Below are positions 8,777 to 17,470 of a stretch of 64,000 nucleotides of DNA, in pieces. The notes under the pieces are model-generated. The model saw only the letters and a list, made by a program, of their open reading frames with translations, made no database searches and was not told the DNA's origin. The stretch's first letter is position 1. The number at the start of each line of letters is the position of its first letter. Position numbers and translations under genes: made by a program. The DNA is from an uncultured archaeon (GTDB lineage: Archaea; Micrarchaeota; Micrarchaeia; Anstonellales; Anstonellaceae). The DNA is taken from the NCBI GenBank assembly GCA_902384555.1, contig CABMCD010000004.1, forward strand, positions 11,909 through 75,908. Direction: 5' to 3'.

Positions 8777-9736
8777 CTATTGCACGGCCTTGAATACGCC
8801 GTAGCCGATGATGCGCGGGCGCTTGTTGGCCCGCACCACCAAAAAGCGCGCGCCCTCCAGCGCCGCCATGGGCAGGAGGAGCGAGAATTTGACAACAGAT
8901 TTGGAGCCCGCGGCAAGAGGAGAAGAAAGCTCAAGCTTCGCGGCGACATACTGCAATCCGTAGGAAAAGAACAGTTCGGTGCCGGATTCGATTCCCTCTT
9001 TGGCAAACGGGGACAGCACCAGTTCGGCCTCTCCCTTGGTGAAGCTCTTCATGCTGGCGCTCTCGGCCAGATAGCAGCCGCGCTTGACCGAATCGGGCGA
9101 CGCACCCTTGAGCGAGAGGCCCACGCGGCTGCCCAGCTCCGCCTTTTGGATGTCCTCGTCCTGCACCTGGATGGACTTGACGCTCAGGTGCGTCTTGCCC
9201 GGAAAGAGCTCGAGGTTGTCGTGCACCGAAATTTCGCCGGCCTCGGCCTTGCCCAAGACCACGGTCCCCACGCCGCGCACTTCGAAGCAGGCGTCCACCA
9301 GCACGCGCTTGGGCGACTGGGAGTAAACGGGCTCTTTTTCCATGAGCTTGGCCTTGAGCTCGACGGCCGAGAGGTCGGCGGAAAGCAGGGGCCAGGCGGC
9401 CATCGGCGTCTTGGAGAGGATGGCCTTGACCTGCGCCTCGTCCACGTCCTTGAGGATGATGAAGCCGTCCTTCTTGCCGGCCTGCATCAGCGCCAGGGTG
9501 ATTTCGCCGAAATCGGCATCCACGGCCGAAATGACCCACAGCGCGGTGTCGGAGGCGTTGAGGCAGTGCAGCAAAGACTGGATTTTGTCCGGATAGGCGT
9601 GCGGCTCGTAGAGGCAGAGGACCTTGTCGCCCTCCTTGTGGTTGTAAATGACGTAGTCGGTCTCCTGCGTCTTTTTGGCGAGGAGTTTGGCGTAGCTTTT
9701 GGTGGAATCGAGAACGGCGATGTGGTAGTGAGTCAT
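8777..9736 (-). CDS. SelB-like translation factor (aSelBL; degenerate G domain plus EF-Tu domain II)
   Basis: YPDKIQSL, VDACFEVRGVGTVVLG, VKSIQVQD, RVGLSLKG; no intact P-loop. Confidence 0.82.
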   Translation of the reverse strand: MTHYHIAVLDSTKSYAKLLAKKTQETDYVIYNHKEGDKVLCLYEPHAYPDKIQSLLHCLNASDTALWVISAVDADFGEITLALMQAGKKDGFIILKDVDEAQVKAILSKTPMAAWPLLSADLSAVELKAKLMEKEPVYSQSPKRVLVDACFEVRGVGTVVLGKAEAGEISVHDNLELFPGKTHLSVKSIQVQDEDIQKAELGSRVGLSLKGASPDSVKRGCYLAESASMKSFTKGEAELVLSPFAKEGIESGTELFFSYGLQYVAAKLELSSPLAAGSKSVVKFSLLLPMAALEGARFLVVRANKRPRIIGYGVFKAVQ

Positions 9737-9763
9737 ACAAAGCACCCGCAAGAGGGAATATTC

Positions 9764-9832
9764 GTATCAGAGGTGATAAATCAATCATTTTGCACTTGCG
9801 TGCAATCAGACAATCGAACGCTCATCATCTGA
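9764..9832 (-). ncRNA. box C/D methylation-guide sRNA
   Basis: Minus strand: box C ATGATGA (9828-9822), 12-nt guide, D' CTGA (9809-9806), GCAA-tetraloop hairpin, C'-like ATGATTGA (9788-9781), guide, box D CTGA (9770-9767); TATAAAA at 9860-9854. Confidence 0.72.
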
Positions 9833-9893
9833 GCAGAGTGGGGGCGAGGAGGATTTTATAGGCAGCGGTCGGCACGAAAAGAGGAGGGCGAAT

Positions 9894-10049
9894 TGCGGCT
9901 GCCGGGATTTGAACCCGGGTCACGAGCTTTTTTCGAGCTTTTCGGAATTTCGGGTATTGCCCCCGGAAATTCGTTTTCCGAGGTTTTTGGCGCTCCGCGC
10001 CAAAAAGCTCTTGGGAAGCTCAGATCCTACCAGGCTGGACTACAGCCGC
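9894..10049 (-). tRNA. tRNA-Gly(CCC) with 83-nt intron at 37/38 (intron 9929-10011)
   Basis: GCGGCTG acceptor stem, TGAGC-TT-CCC-A[intron]A-GCTCG anticodon arm, CCGGG-TTCAAAT-CCCGG T-arm; BHB-like junction; mature length 73 nt. Confidence 0.92.
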
Positions 10050-10143
10050 GCGCATGGGATAGGGACGCAGAAGAATAAAAACAAAGGGGCCGAAGCCCGC
10101 CGATGGACAAGGATTTTAAACCGTTAAGCCGTGCAGCTGGGCG

Positions 10144-10593
10144 GTGGAGTCGCTATTCGGCCTCAGAAACCGCTACAAGATGACTGCGGCCCTCTTCGTG
10201 GCGGGTCTCGCCCTGTTTGCGCTCGGCATCAACGCCGACGCGGAAGGCCAGCGCCTGCTCACCGTCGCCCATATCATCATCGGGGCGCTGCTCATCCCGC
10301 TGAGCATGGTCCGCACCGATTTCGACGTCAACCGGGCCGGGCGCGAGGAGCTTATGCGCGGATTCACCACCGTCTTCCTCTTCGCCGTCGGCATCTTCGC
10401 GGTCGTTTTCCTGAACGACATCTACCTCCGCCACCAGGCGCTGGAATTCACCCTCTTCGATGCCGCGGTGCTCGTCATCCTGCTCTCGCGGGTGTTTGTG
10501 CTCAAGGTGATGGGCGAATCGATGGAACAGCAGTATTCGGAAATCGACCGGGCCGAACTGGACGCCGAGCGCCGGCGCCGCTCGTCGCTCTAA
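10144..10593 (+). CDS. hypothetical membrane protein (4 TM)
   Basis: Four hydrophobic segments, host-like codon use, TTTTAAA ~24 nt upstream of the GTG. Confidence 0.75.
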   Translation: MESLFGLRNRYKMTAALFVAGLALFALGINADAEGQRLLTVAHIIIGALLIPLSMVRTDFDVNRAGREELMRGFTTVFLFAVGIFAVVFLNDIYLRHQALEFTLFDAAVLVILLSRVFVLKVMGESMEQQYSEIDRAELDAERRRRSSL

Positions 10594-10693
10594 GGCCGTT
10601 GTTCGTTTTTCGTCGGAAAAAGGATTGGCTTAAGTCGCAGCTTTATTAATCTTGCAAGGGAGCCCACGTCACCAATCCACGGAAGGGGACACC

Positions 10694-12439
10694 ATGCGAA
10701 TCAACGATGTCACGCTCAAAGTCGGCGGCGAGGCCGGAAGCGGCATTCTCACGGTCGGCCACATGTTCGCCAAGCTGATGCAGAAATCCGGCCTGCAGGT
10801 CTTTCTCACCAACGACTATCCCTCGCTCATCAAGGGCGGGCACAACACCATCACCGTGCGCGCCAACCCCCAGCGCATCTACGCCCTCACGGCCGGCATC
10901 GACATCCTCATCGCGCTGGACAAGAAGACGGTGCAGGAGCATTACCGGGAGCTGCGCGAGGGCGGCGCGCTCATCTATGATTCGGGCAAGCTCAAAGAGG
11001 AGGACGTCAAGCTCGAGCGGCCGGACGTGCGCAAAATCGGCGTGCCGCTCTCCAAAATCGCCACCGAGGCGGGCGGCGACATCTTCTTCAACCAGGCGGC
11101 CATGGGCGCCATGCTGGCCCTGCTCAAGATGGATTTGGCGAAATACGACCACATGATTGAGAAGGCGTTCGGACGCAAGGGCGCCGACATCGTGGCCAAG
11201 AACAAGCAGGTGGTGCGCGCGGGCGCGGACCACGTGCGCACCAATTATCCCGACCCGTTCGGCATCAACGTCAATCCCGTGCAGACCGACGCGCGCAACC
11301 TGCTCATCAACGGCAACGACGCGCTGTGCAGCGGGGCGGTGGCGGCCGGAGTCCATTTAGTGGCCGAATACCCCATGAGCCCCTCCTCATCCGTTCTCCA
11401 CTGGATGGCGGCGCACGCGGTCAAATACAACATCGTGGTCAAGCACACCGAGGACGAGATTGCGGCCATGAACTGGCTGTGCGGCGCGGGCTTCGCGGGC
11501 GTGCGCTGCCTCACCGCCACCTCGGGCGGCGGCTTCTCGCTCATGAACGAGGCGCTGGGCAATGCCGGCATCGCCGAAATCCCCTGCGTCATCATCAACG
11601 ACATGCGCTGCGGGCCCTCCACCGGCCTGCCCACCTACACCGAGCAGGCCGATTTGCGCTTCGCGCTCCATGCCTCGCAGGGTGAGTTCCCCCGCATCGT
11701 GGCGATGCCCGGCGACGCGCAGGAGGCGTTCTGGATGATGGTGGACGTCTTCAACATGGCCGATTTGGTGCAGACGCCGGCGATTGTGCTCATGGACAAG
11801 TACGTGGCCGAGTCGGTGACCACCATCCCCTCCATCAAGGCCGAGCAGGTGCGCATCGACCGCGGGCTTTTGCAGACGGATGCGCAGATGGCCGAGGCAG
11901 CCAATTTCAAGCGCCACGCGCTCACGCCCAGCGGCATCTCGCCGCGCTGCATACCGGGGCAGAAGAACGGCATCCACGTCTGCTCGTCCTACGAGCATGA
12001 CGAAACCGGATACACCAGCGAGGAGGCGTCCATGCGCATCGCGCAAATCGACAAGCGCGAGCGCAAGATGAGGGCGATTTCGCCGCTGCTCTACCAGCCC
12101 GCCTTCTTCGGCGACCAGTCCTCGGATTTGCTGGTGGTGTCGTGGGGCTCGAGCAAGGGGCCGGTGATGGAGGCGCTCAAGCTGCTGGCGGCAAAAGGAA
12201 AGAGCGTGCGCTACATGCACATCCGCTACGCCTGCCCCTTTGCGGCCGACACCATTTCGGCCGCCCTCAAGCGGGCCAAGAAGAGCCTCATTATCGAGGG
12301 CAATTCCGAGGGGCAGATGCGCAATTTCATCCGCGAGAAGACCGGGCTGCTCATTCCCGAGCTCTACCGCCGCTATGACGGCCGGCCGTTTGAGGCCGAG
12401 GAAGTGGCCGCTGTTATTGAGGAGCGGCTGCTCAAATAG
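10694..12439 (+). CDS. korA: 2-oxoacid:ferredoxin oxidoreductase subunit alpha (gamma-alpha fusion)
   Basis: GGEAGSG, YPSLIKGGH, EYPMSP, EDEIAA, ATSGGGFSLM, GPSTGLPT, WGS, YDGRPF. Confidence 0.93.
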   Translation: MRINDVTLKVGGEAGSGILTVGHMFAKLMQKSGLQVFLTNDYPSLIKGGHNTITVRANPQRIYALTAGIDILIALDKKTVQEHYRELREGGALIYDSGKLKEEDVKLERPDVRKIGVPLSKIATEAGGDIFFNQAAMGAMLALLKMDLAKYDHMIEKAFGRKGADIVAKNKQVVRAGADHVRTNYPDPFGINVNPVQTDARNLLINGNDALCSGAVAAGVHLVAEYPMSPSSSVLHWMAAHAVKYNIVVKHTEDEIAAMNWLCGAGFAGVRCLTATSGGGFSLMNEALGNAGIAEIPCVIINDMRCGPSTGLPTYTEQADLRFALHASQGEFPRIVAMPGDAQEAFWMMVDVFNMADLVQTPAIVLMDKYVAESVTTIPSIKAEQVRIDRGLLQTDAQMAEAANFKRHALTPSGISPRCIPGQKNGIHVCSSYEHDETGYTSEEASMRIAQIDKRERKMRAISPLLYQPAFFGDQSSDLLVVSWGSSKGPVMEALKLLAAKGKSVRYMHIRYACPFAADTISAALKRAKKSLIIEGNSEGQMRNFIREKTGLLIPELYRRYDGRPFEAEEVAAVIEERLLK

Positions 12440-12447
12440 GTGATATC

Positions 12448-13305
12448 ATGGTTACTCTTGCCGAACTGGCCGAACCCAAACACACCGTCACCTGGTGCCC
12501 CGGCTGCGGCGACTTCGCCATTCTGGTCGCCCTCAAGCAGGCCTTGGTGAAAGCCGGGCGCGAGCCGCACCAGACCGTGGTGGTGTCCGGCATCGGATGC
12601 TCGGGCAAGCTGCCCCATTTCATCAAGACTTACGGATTTGAGGGATTGCATGGGCGCAGCCTGCCGGCCGCCTCGGCCATCAAGATGGCCAACCACGCGC
12701 TCACTGTGGTGGATGTGGGCGGCGACGGGGACGGGTACGGAATTGGGATGGGCCACTTCATCCACACCTGCCGGCGCAACATCGACTTCACCTACATCGT
12801 GCACAACAACCAAATCTATGGGCTGACCACTGGGCAGACCTCGCCCACTTCCGAAAAAGGCTTCAAGACCAAGAGCACGCCAGAAGGGGTGCTGGAGGAG
12901 CCGGTCAATCCCATGGCCTTGGCCATTTCGGCCGGAGCCACTTTCGTGGCGCGCGGATTTTCAGGCAATCTGCCCCACTTGGCCGACCTGATGTGTCAGG
13001 GCATCCAGCACAAGGGCTTTGCCATCATTGATGTCTTGCAGCCCTGCGTGACGTTCAACAAGCTCAACACCTACGAATATTTCGTGAAAAAGGTGTACAA
13101 GCTCGATGAGAGCAACCACGACGCCTCCGACAAGACGGCCGCGCTGGCCAAGGCGGAAGAGTGGGCCGAGAAAATCCCGATTGGGGTGCTCTACAAAGTG
13201 AGCAAGCCCACCTATGAGGACGGCACGCCCCAATTGAAAGAGGGGCCGCTGGTGAAGCAAAGCCTCAAACGGGATGTGGGCGCGCTGCTGGCCGAATTCG
13301 AGTAG
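12448..13305 (+). CDS. korB: 2-oxoacid:ferredoxin oxidoreductase subunit beta
   Basis: WCPGCGD, SGIGCS, HGR, TPP motif GGDGDG..NN, YGLTTGQ, QPCVTFN. Confidence 0.94.
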   Translation: MVTLAELAEPKHTVTWCPGCGDFAILVALKQALVKAGREPHQTVVVSGIGCSGKLPHFIKTYGFEGLHGRSLPAASAIKMANHALTVVDVGGDGDGYGIGMGHFIHTCRRNIDFTYIVHNNQIYGLTTGQTSPTSEKGFKTKSTPEGVLEEPVNPMALAISAGATFVARGFSGNLPHLADLMCQGIQHKGFAIIDVLQPCVTFNKLNTYEYFVKKVYKLDESNHDASDKTAALAKAEEWAEKIPIGVLYKVSKPTYEDGTPQLKEGPLVKQSLKRDVGALLAEFE

Positions 13306-13394
13306 GACGGCAGGGCCAAAAGCAGGTGGAGGCTGGAATTCGAGCGGCGGGCGGAAAACTCGGGGGCGAGCCGGCCGGGCAAAGCGGCGTTTTT

Positions 13395-13631
13395 TCAGGG
13401 CTTGAGCAAAGGCTCGGGCTCTGATTTGTAGCCCAGCCTGCAGAAGGAGCGGTTCCGGGATTGGTACTCGCACAGACCGCCATAGGCGCAGCTGAAATGA
13501 GCCCGGTCTTTTTCCCCGTCAGACTGGAAGTGGCAAAGCCGCTCGCCGCGGGCAGACTGGTTGAAGAGAAACGCCGCGAAGTGGATGGTGGGGGAGGGCG
13601 GAACTGTTTTGAGCAACCCACCCGGCACCAT
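13395..13631 (-). CDS. possible small Cys-containing protein
   Basis: 78-aa ORF starting just after the suhB stop, filling an otherwise empty gap; 4 Cys. Confidence 0.35.
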   Translation of the reverse strand: MVPGGLLKTVPPSPTIHFAAFLFNQSARGERLCHFQSDGEKDRAHFSCAYGGLCEYQSRNRSFCRLGYKSEPEPLLKP

Positions 13632-13635
13632 GCGC

Positions 13636-14460
13636 TCACGCGCTCCAATCCAGCGCCTTGAGCAGCTGGCCGTGCACTTTCCCATTCGAGCAGAGCATGC
13701 CCGGCATGTCCAATTTCCAGTCATCCCCAACTAGATTCGTCACTTTCCCCCCAGCCTCGCGAATGAGAAGCGCGCCGGCCGCCCCGTCGTAGGGCTGCAG
13801 CTTGAATTCCACGCACCCGTCGGCCAAACCCGAGGCCACAAAGCCCAAATTGAAGACGGCAGAACCCAGTGAGCGCACATTGAACACGTTTTTGGCCACC
13901 CGGCCCAGTCCGGCCAGATGCAAATCGCCATTGGCGGTGGTGAGGTGGGCGCACACCAGCACCATGCATTTGTGCAAATCCGTGCGCGGGGAGACATGAA
14001 GCCGCCGGGGCTTTCCAAGAGCTGGGCGCTCACCTGCCTTGGCGCCTTCCTCTTCCCTGTATTCCCACGCCCCCTTGCCTTTTTCGGCCAGCAGATAGAT
14101 TCCCTGCAAGGGATAGGCGATGCCGCCGGCCTGCAATTCCCCGTTTTGGGCATAGGCAATCGAGATGCCCCAAATCGGGAAGCCGTAGGCATAGTTGTTG
14201 GTGCCGTCGAGGGGGTCGATAATCCAGACATGGGGCGCGAACAAATCGTCATGCGCGCGCGGGCTTTCCTCCGAATAGATTTTGTGGGTGGGGAAGCGGT
14301 CTAGAATGGCGTTGATAATGAGCTTTTCGGACGCCAAATCGGCATCGGTCACCAAATCATGCTCGCCCTTGTTTTGCGCGGAAGCATTCTCCTGCTTTTC
14401 GATAAGCAATTGGCCGGATGAGAGCAGCAGGTCGAGGATAAAGGGGCGCAGGGAAGGCAT
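13636..14460 (-). CDS. suhB: inositol monophosphatase family protein
   Basis: DLVTDAD, SEE, WIIDPLDGTNNY, RSLGSA, YDGAAG, EAGG. Confidence 0.92.
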   Translation of the reverse strand: MPSLRPFILDLLLSSGQLLIEKQENASAQNKGEHDLVTDADLASEKLIINAILDRFPTHKIYSEESPRAHDDLFAPHVWIIDPLDGTNNYAYGFPIWGISIAYAQNGELQAGGIAYPLQGIYLLAEKGKGAWEYREEEGAKAGERPALGKPRRLHVSPRTDLHKCMVLVCAHLTTANGDLHLAGLGRVAKNVFNVRSLGSAVFNLGFVASGLADGCVEFKLQPYDGAAGALLIREAGGKVTNLVGDDWKLDMPGMLCSNGKVHGQLLKALDWSA

Positions 14461-14552
14461 GAGGAGGTGAGGCTGAACAGATATAAGAGGCTGAGGGCCG
14501 GCAGGCATATAAACACAATATTCCATAATATAAGACATAAAAAGGTGGGAAT

Positions 14553-15074
14553 ATGGGCTTCTCGACTTCGAATGCAAAATGCCAAGTGTCCGGGCACCGG
14601 GCCAAGGTCATCCGCCAAAATCCGGACCAGCAGCCCCAGCTGGTGAAAAACCTGCTGTATGACAAATTCCCCAAATTCTCCACCTTGGATGAGAACACCA
14701 AAAACCTCATCCAGCAGGAAGTGCTCAAGGCCGTGGAGGACAAGTGCAATTCCTATTCCCTGCGCCCCGGCGCGCTGGGCGGCGCGGGCGTGTGGGAAAT
14801 CGCCAAGCACGCCATTCCGGTCGGAGTCGCGACCAGTGCCTGCGGCTACACCGCCATCGCTCTGGGCCAGCCCGTCGTGCAGGATGCCCTGCAGGGGCAC
14901 TGGGGCAAGGTCGGCGTGCGCCTCGGCATTGGAGTGGTGCTGGCCTATTCGGCTTGGCGCATCGTGAAGGATATCTTCCACTCCGGCGCCCTGCACGCGC
15001 CGCTGGCGCGCGAAATCAACGAGGCGGCCGTCTATTCCATCAGCCAGCATGCGCCCAGAGAAAACGCGGCTTGA
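14553..15074 (+). CDS. hypothetical membrane protein (orphan)
   Basis: 173-aa ORF with its own TATA (ATATAAAC at ~14507) and GGTGGGA SD-like site; two hydrophobic segments. Confidence 0.7.
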   Translation: MGFSTSNAKCQVSGHRAKVIRQNPDQQPQLVKNLLYDKFPKFSTLDENTKNLIQQEVLKAVEDKCNSYSLRPGALGGAGVWEIAKHAIPVGVATSACGYTAIALGQPVVQDALQGHWGKVGVRLGIGVVLAYSAWRIVKDIFHSGALHAPLAREINEAAVYSISQHAPRENAA

Positions 15075-15232
15075 AGCGCTTGTTTTTTAGCCCGGAACCG
15101 CGGAGGGGGAACCGAACGCCGACCCTTATCCCCCTCCCCAGTTTCACGCTCCTCCTGACCCTCCCCCTAAGTTCTTGCCCTTCACAAAGGAAGAAAAAGA
15201 CCCGCGGTTTCAAAAGGGAAAGGAAATGAAGT

Positions 15233-15307
15233 GGGCCCGTAACTCAGCTTGGATAGAGTGCCTGCCTTCTAAGCAGGAAGTCGAGAGTTCAAATCTCTCC
15301 GGGCCCG
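15233..15307 (+). tRNA. tRNA-Arg(TCT)
   Basis: GGGCCCG acceptor, CCTGC-CT-TCT-AA-GCAGG anticodon arm, GAGAG-TTCAAAT-CTCTC T-arm. Confidence 0.95.
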
Positions 15308-15489
15308 AACCCATATGGGGGAACACTCGAATTATCCAAGTCCCCCCTGAGGGATTCACCTCCCCTACAAAATACACCCGATAAACGAGCTGTGCTAACA
15401 AATCGCTTTATATACAATTCCGCCGTATATCCGACTCATTCTCTCATTTAGAAGCATGCATCAGGTGTGGATTCCAGCAGGTGATACTC

Positions 15490-15744
15490 ATGACCGAGCA
15501 GCGCATCAAGGAAGTCATCGGCCTCATGGATTTGATGATTGACGATTCGTCCGTTCCAAAGAACATCCGCAAGGTGGTGGACGAGGCGCGCACCCACCTG
15601 CGCTCCAACGAGGAGGCTCCGACGCGGATTTCATCGGCCGTGCAGTCGCTGGTGGGCGTGAGTGAGGACATCAACATGCCCATGCATGCGCGCACGCAGG
15701 TGTGGACCATCCTCTCGGCGCTCGAATCGATTAAGACCGACTGA
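15490..15744 (+). CDS. UPF0147 family protein
   Basis: DSSVPKNIRK, EDINMPMHARTQVW signature; SD AGGTGA. Confidence 0.9.
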   Translation: MTEQRIKEVIGLMDLMIDDSSVPKNIRKVVDEARTHLRSNEEAPTRISSAVQSLVGVSEDINMPMHARTQVWTILSALESIKTD

Positions 15745-15862
15745 TTTTGGGCTGAAGCATACCGGCTGTTTTTTATCCTCTCGCGGCGTAGCGGATGCCA
15801 TACCCCGATCGCTCTACCCACGCCCCCTCGGGGGCTTATGAGCGTGAAAAGACAGTGGAGTT

Positions 15863-17470
15863 ATGCAGACCGACCTATCGGTCCTGCGCCAGGCCGGCAA
15901 GCGCCTCGCGCTGGATGCCGAGCAGTTCCTAGCTTCGCAGGCCATTACGCCAGATGCGCTGGAGCGCCTGCGCAAAAGCACTTCTTTCGTCCTCACCCTC
16001 GATGAGGTCAAATCCAGCCTCGCCGAATCGGGCAAGCTGCCCGACGCCGACCCCATTCACAAGGACCATGCGGCCGAGCAGCATGCGGAAGGGCTGCTCT
16101 CCAAAGGGGAGGCGCACGCGGAAGAAAAGAAAAGGGAGGAAGGAAAAGAGAAAGAGATTTCGCCGCCTGTTTCTTCGGCAGAGCCCGAGCGCAAGTCCAT
16201 TGAGGTGAGCGTGGCGCGCCCGGCCTCCTTCCGCCCGCTCGCCAAGGAATACGCGCCCAACATCAAAATCCAGAACCACACCGACGTGTCCGGCCAGTCG
16301 AGGTGCGTCGGCTCGGTGGACGACTTCGTGGCCTATTTCCGCGACCGCTTCGAGCGCGAGGGCCAGATTCTGCGCACCCACCAGACCAATTTGAGCATCG
16401 TGCGCACCGACCAGCTCAGCCAGCACCCCGGCGAGGAAATCCGGCTCATCGCCATGGTGACCGACAAGCGCATGACGCACAACGGCAACCTCTACATCGA
16501 ACTGGAGGACGAGCGCGGCGCCACCAAGGCCATCTTCAGCAGCCGCGAGCGGCAGTTTCCGAAAGCGGCCAAGCTCATCAAGGACGACGTGGTGGCGATT
16601 GACGCGCGCATGGGCCCCAACTTCCTCTCCGTCAAGGACATCACCTGGCCCGATTTGCCGCTCTTGCGGCAGCAGAAAAGCACGGATGCGGATTTGGCGG
16701 TGGCCTACCTCTCCGACACGCACGTGGGCAGCAAATTGTTTTTGGAAAAATCTTTCCGCCGCTTCATCCGCTGGCTCTGGGGCGAGGAGGGGCGCGAGGA
16801 CTTGGCCGGAAAAGTAAAATACGTCGTCATCGCCGGCGACGTGTGCGACGGCATCGGCGTCTATCCCAGCCAGGAGAAGGAGCTGTCAATCAAGGACATC
16901 TACGAGCAGTATGAAGCCTTTGACAAGCTGGTGGAGGCCATGCCCGACTGGGTGGAAGTGATTGTGTCCCCCGGCAACCACGACGGCGTGCGAAGAGGCG
17001 AGCCCCAGCCCATCCTGCCGATGGAATTGGTGAAATCGGATGTCAAGAAAATCGGCTCGCCCGCCATGGTCGATATTGAGGGCTTCCGGCACTTGGTCTA
17101 TCACGGCACATCGCTGGACTCGGTGATTGCGAACGTGCCGGGCCTGAGCTACCAAAAGCCGGAAGGGGCGATGATGGAAGTGCTGCGCCGCCGGCATCTC
17201 TCGCCGGTGTATGGTGAAAACCCCATCGTGCCGGAGCGGCGCGACTACATGCTCATTGAGGAGGAGCCCGACATCGTGCATATGGGCCATTTGCACAAGA
17301 ACGCGGCCATGAAATACCGCGGCACCCTGCTCATCAATTCCGGCACTTTTCAGGACCGGACGGATTTCCAAGTGAGGATGGGCCATGTACCAACGCCCGG
17401 CATTGTGCCCATTCTCGAACTCAAGGACCAGCGCTTGTCGCAGCTCAAATTCACGGAGGAGAACCTGTGA
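15863..17470 (+). CDS. polB: DNA polymerase II (PolD) small subunit DP1
   Basis: OB fold (ELEDERG) plus phosphoesterase motifs SDTHVGS, AGDVCDGIG, PGNHD, YHG, RRHLSP, GHLH, NSGTFQ. Confidence 0.95.
   Translation: MQTDLSVLRQAGKRLALDAEQFLASQAITPDALERLRKSTSFVLTLDEVKSSLAESGKLPDADPIHKDHAAEQHAEGLLSKGEAHAEEKKREEGKEKEISPPVSSAEPERKSIEVSVARPASFRPLAKEYAPNIKIQNHTDVSGQSRCVGSVDDFVAYFRDRFEREGQILRTHQTNLSIVRTDQLSQHPGEEIRLIAMVTDKRMTHNGNLYIELEDERGATKAIFSSRERQFPKAAKLIKDDVVAIDARMGPNFLSVKDITWPDLPLLRQQKSTDADLAVAYLSDTHVGSKLFLEKSFRRFIRWLWGEEGREDLAGKVKYVVIAGDVCDGIGVYPSQEKELSIKDIYEQYEAFDKLVEAMPDWVEVIVSPGNHDGVRRGEPQPILPMELVKSDVKKIGSPAMVDIEGFRHLVYHGTSLDSVIANVPGLSYQKPEGAMMEVLRRRHLSPVYGENPIVPERRDYMLIEEEPDIVHMGHLHKNAAMKYRGTLLINSGTFQDRTDFQVRMGHVPTPGIVPILELKDQRLSQLKFTEENL

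Noticed and set aside
8777-9736. True selenocysteine elongation factor SelB
   Set aside because: No intact P-loop or C-terminal SelB domain and no Sec machinery nearby; it fits the SelB-like family instead.
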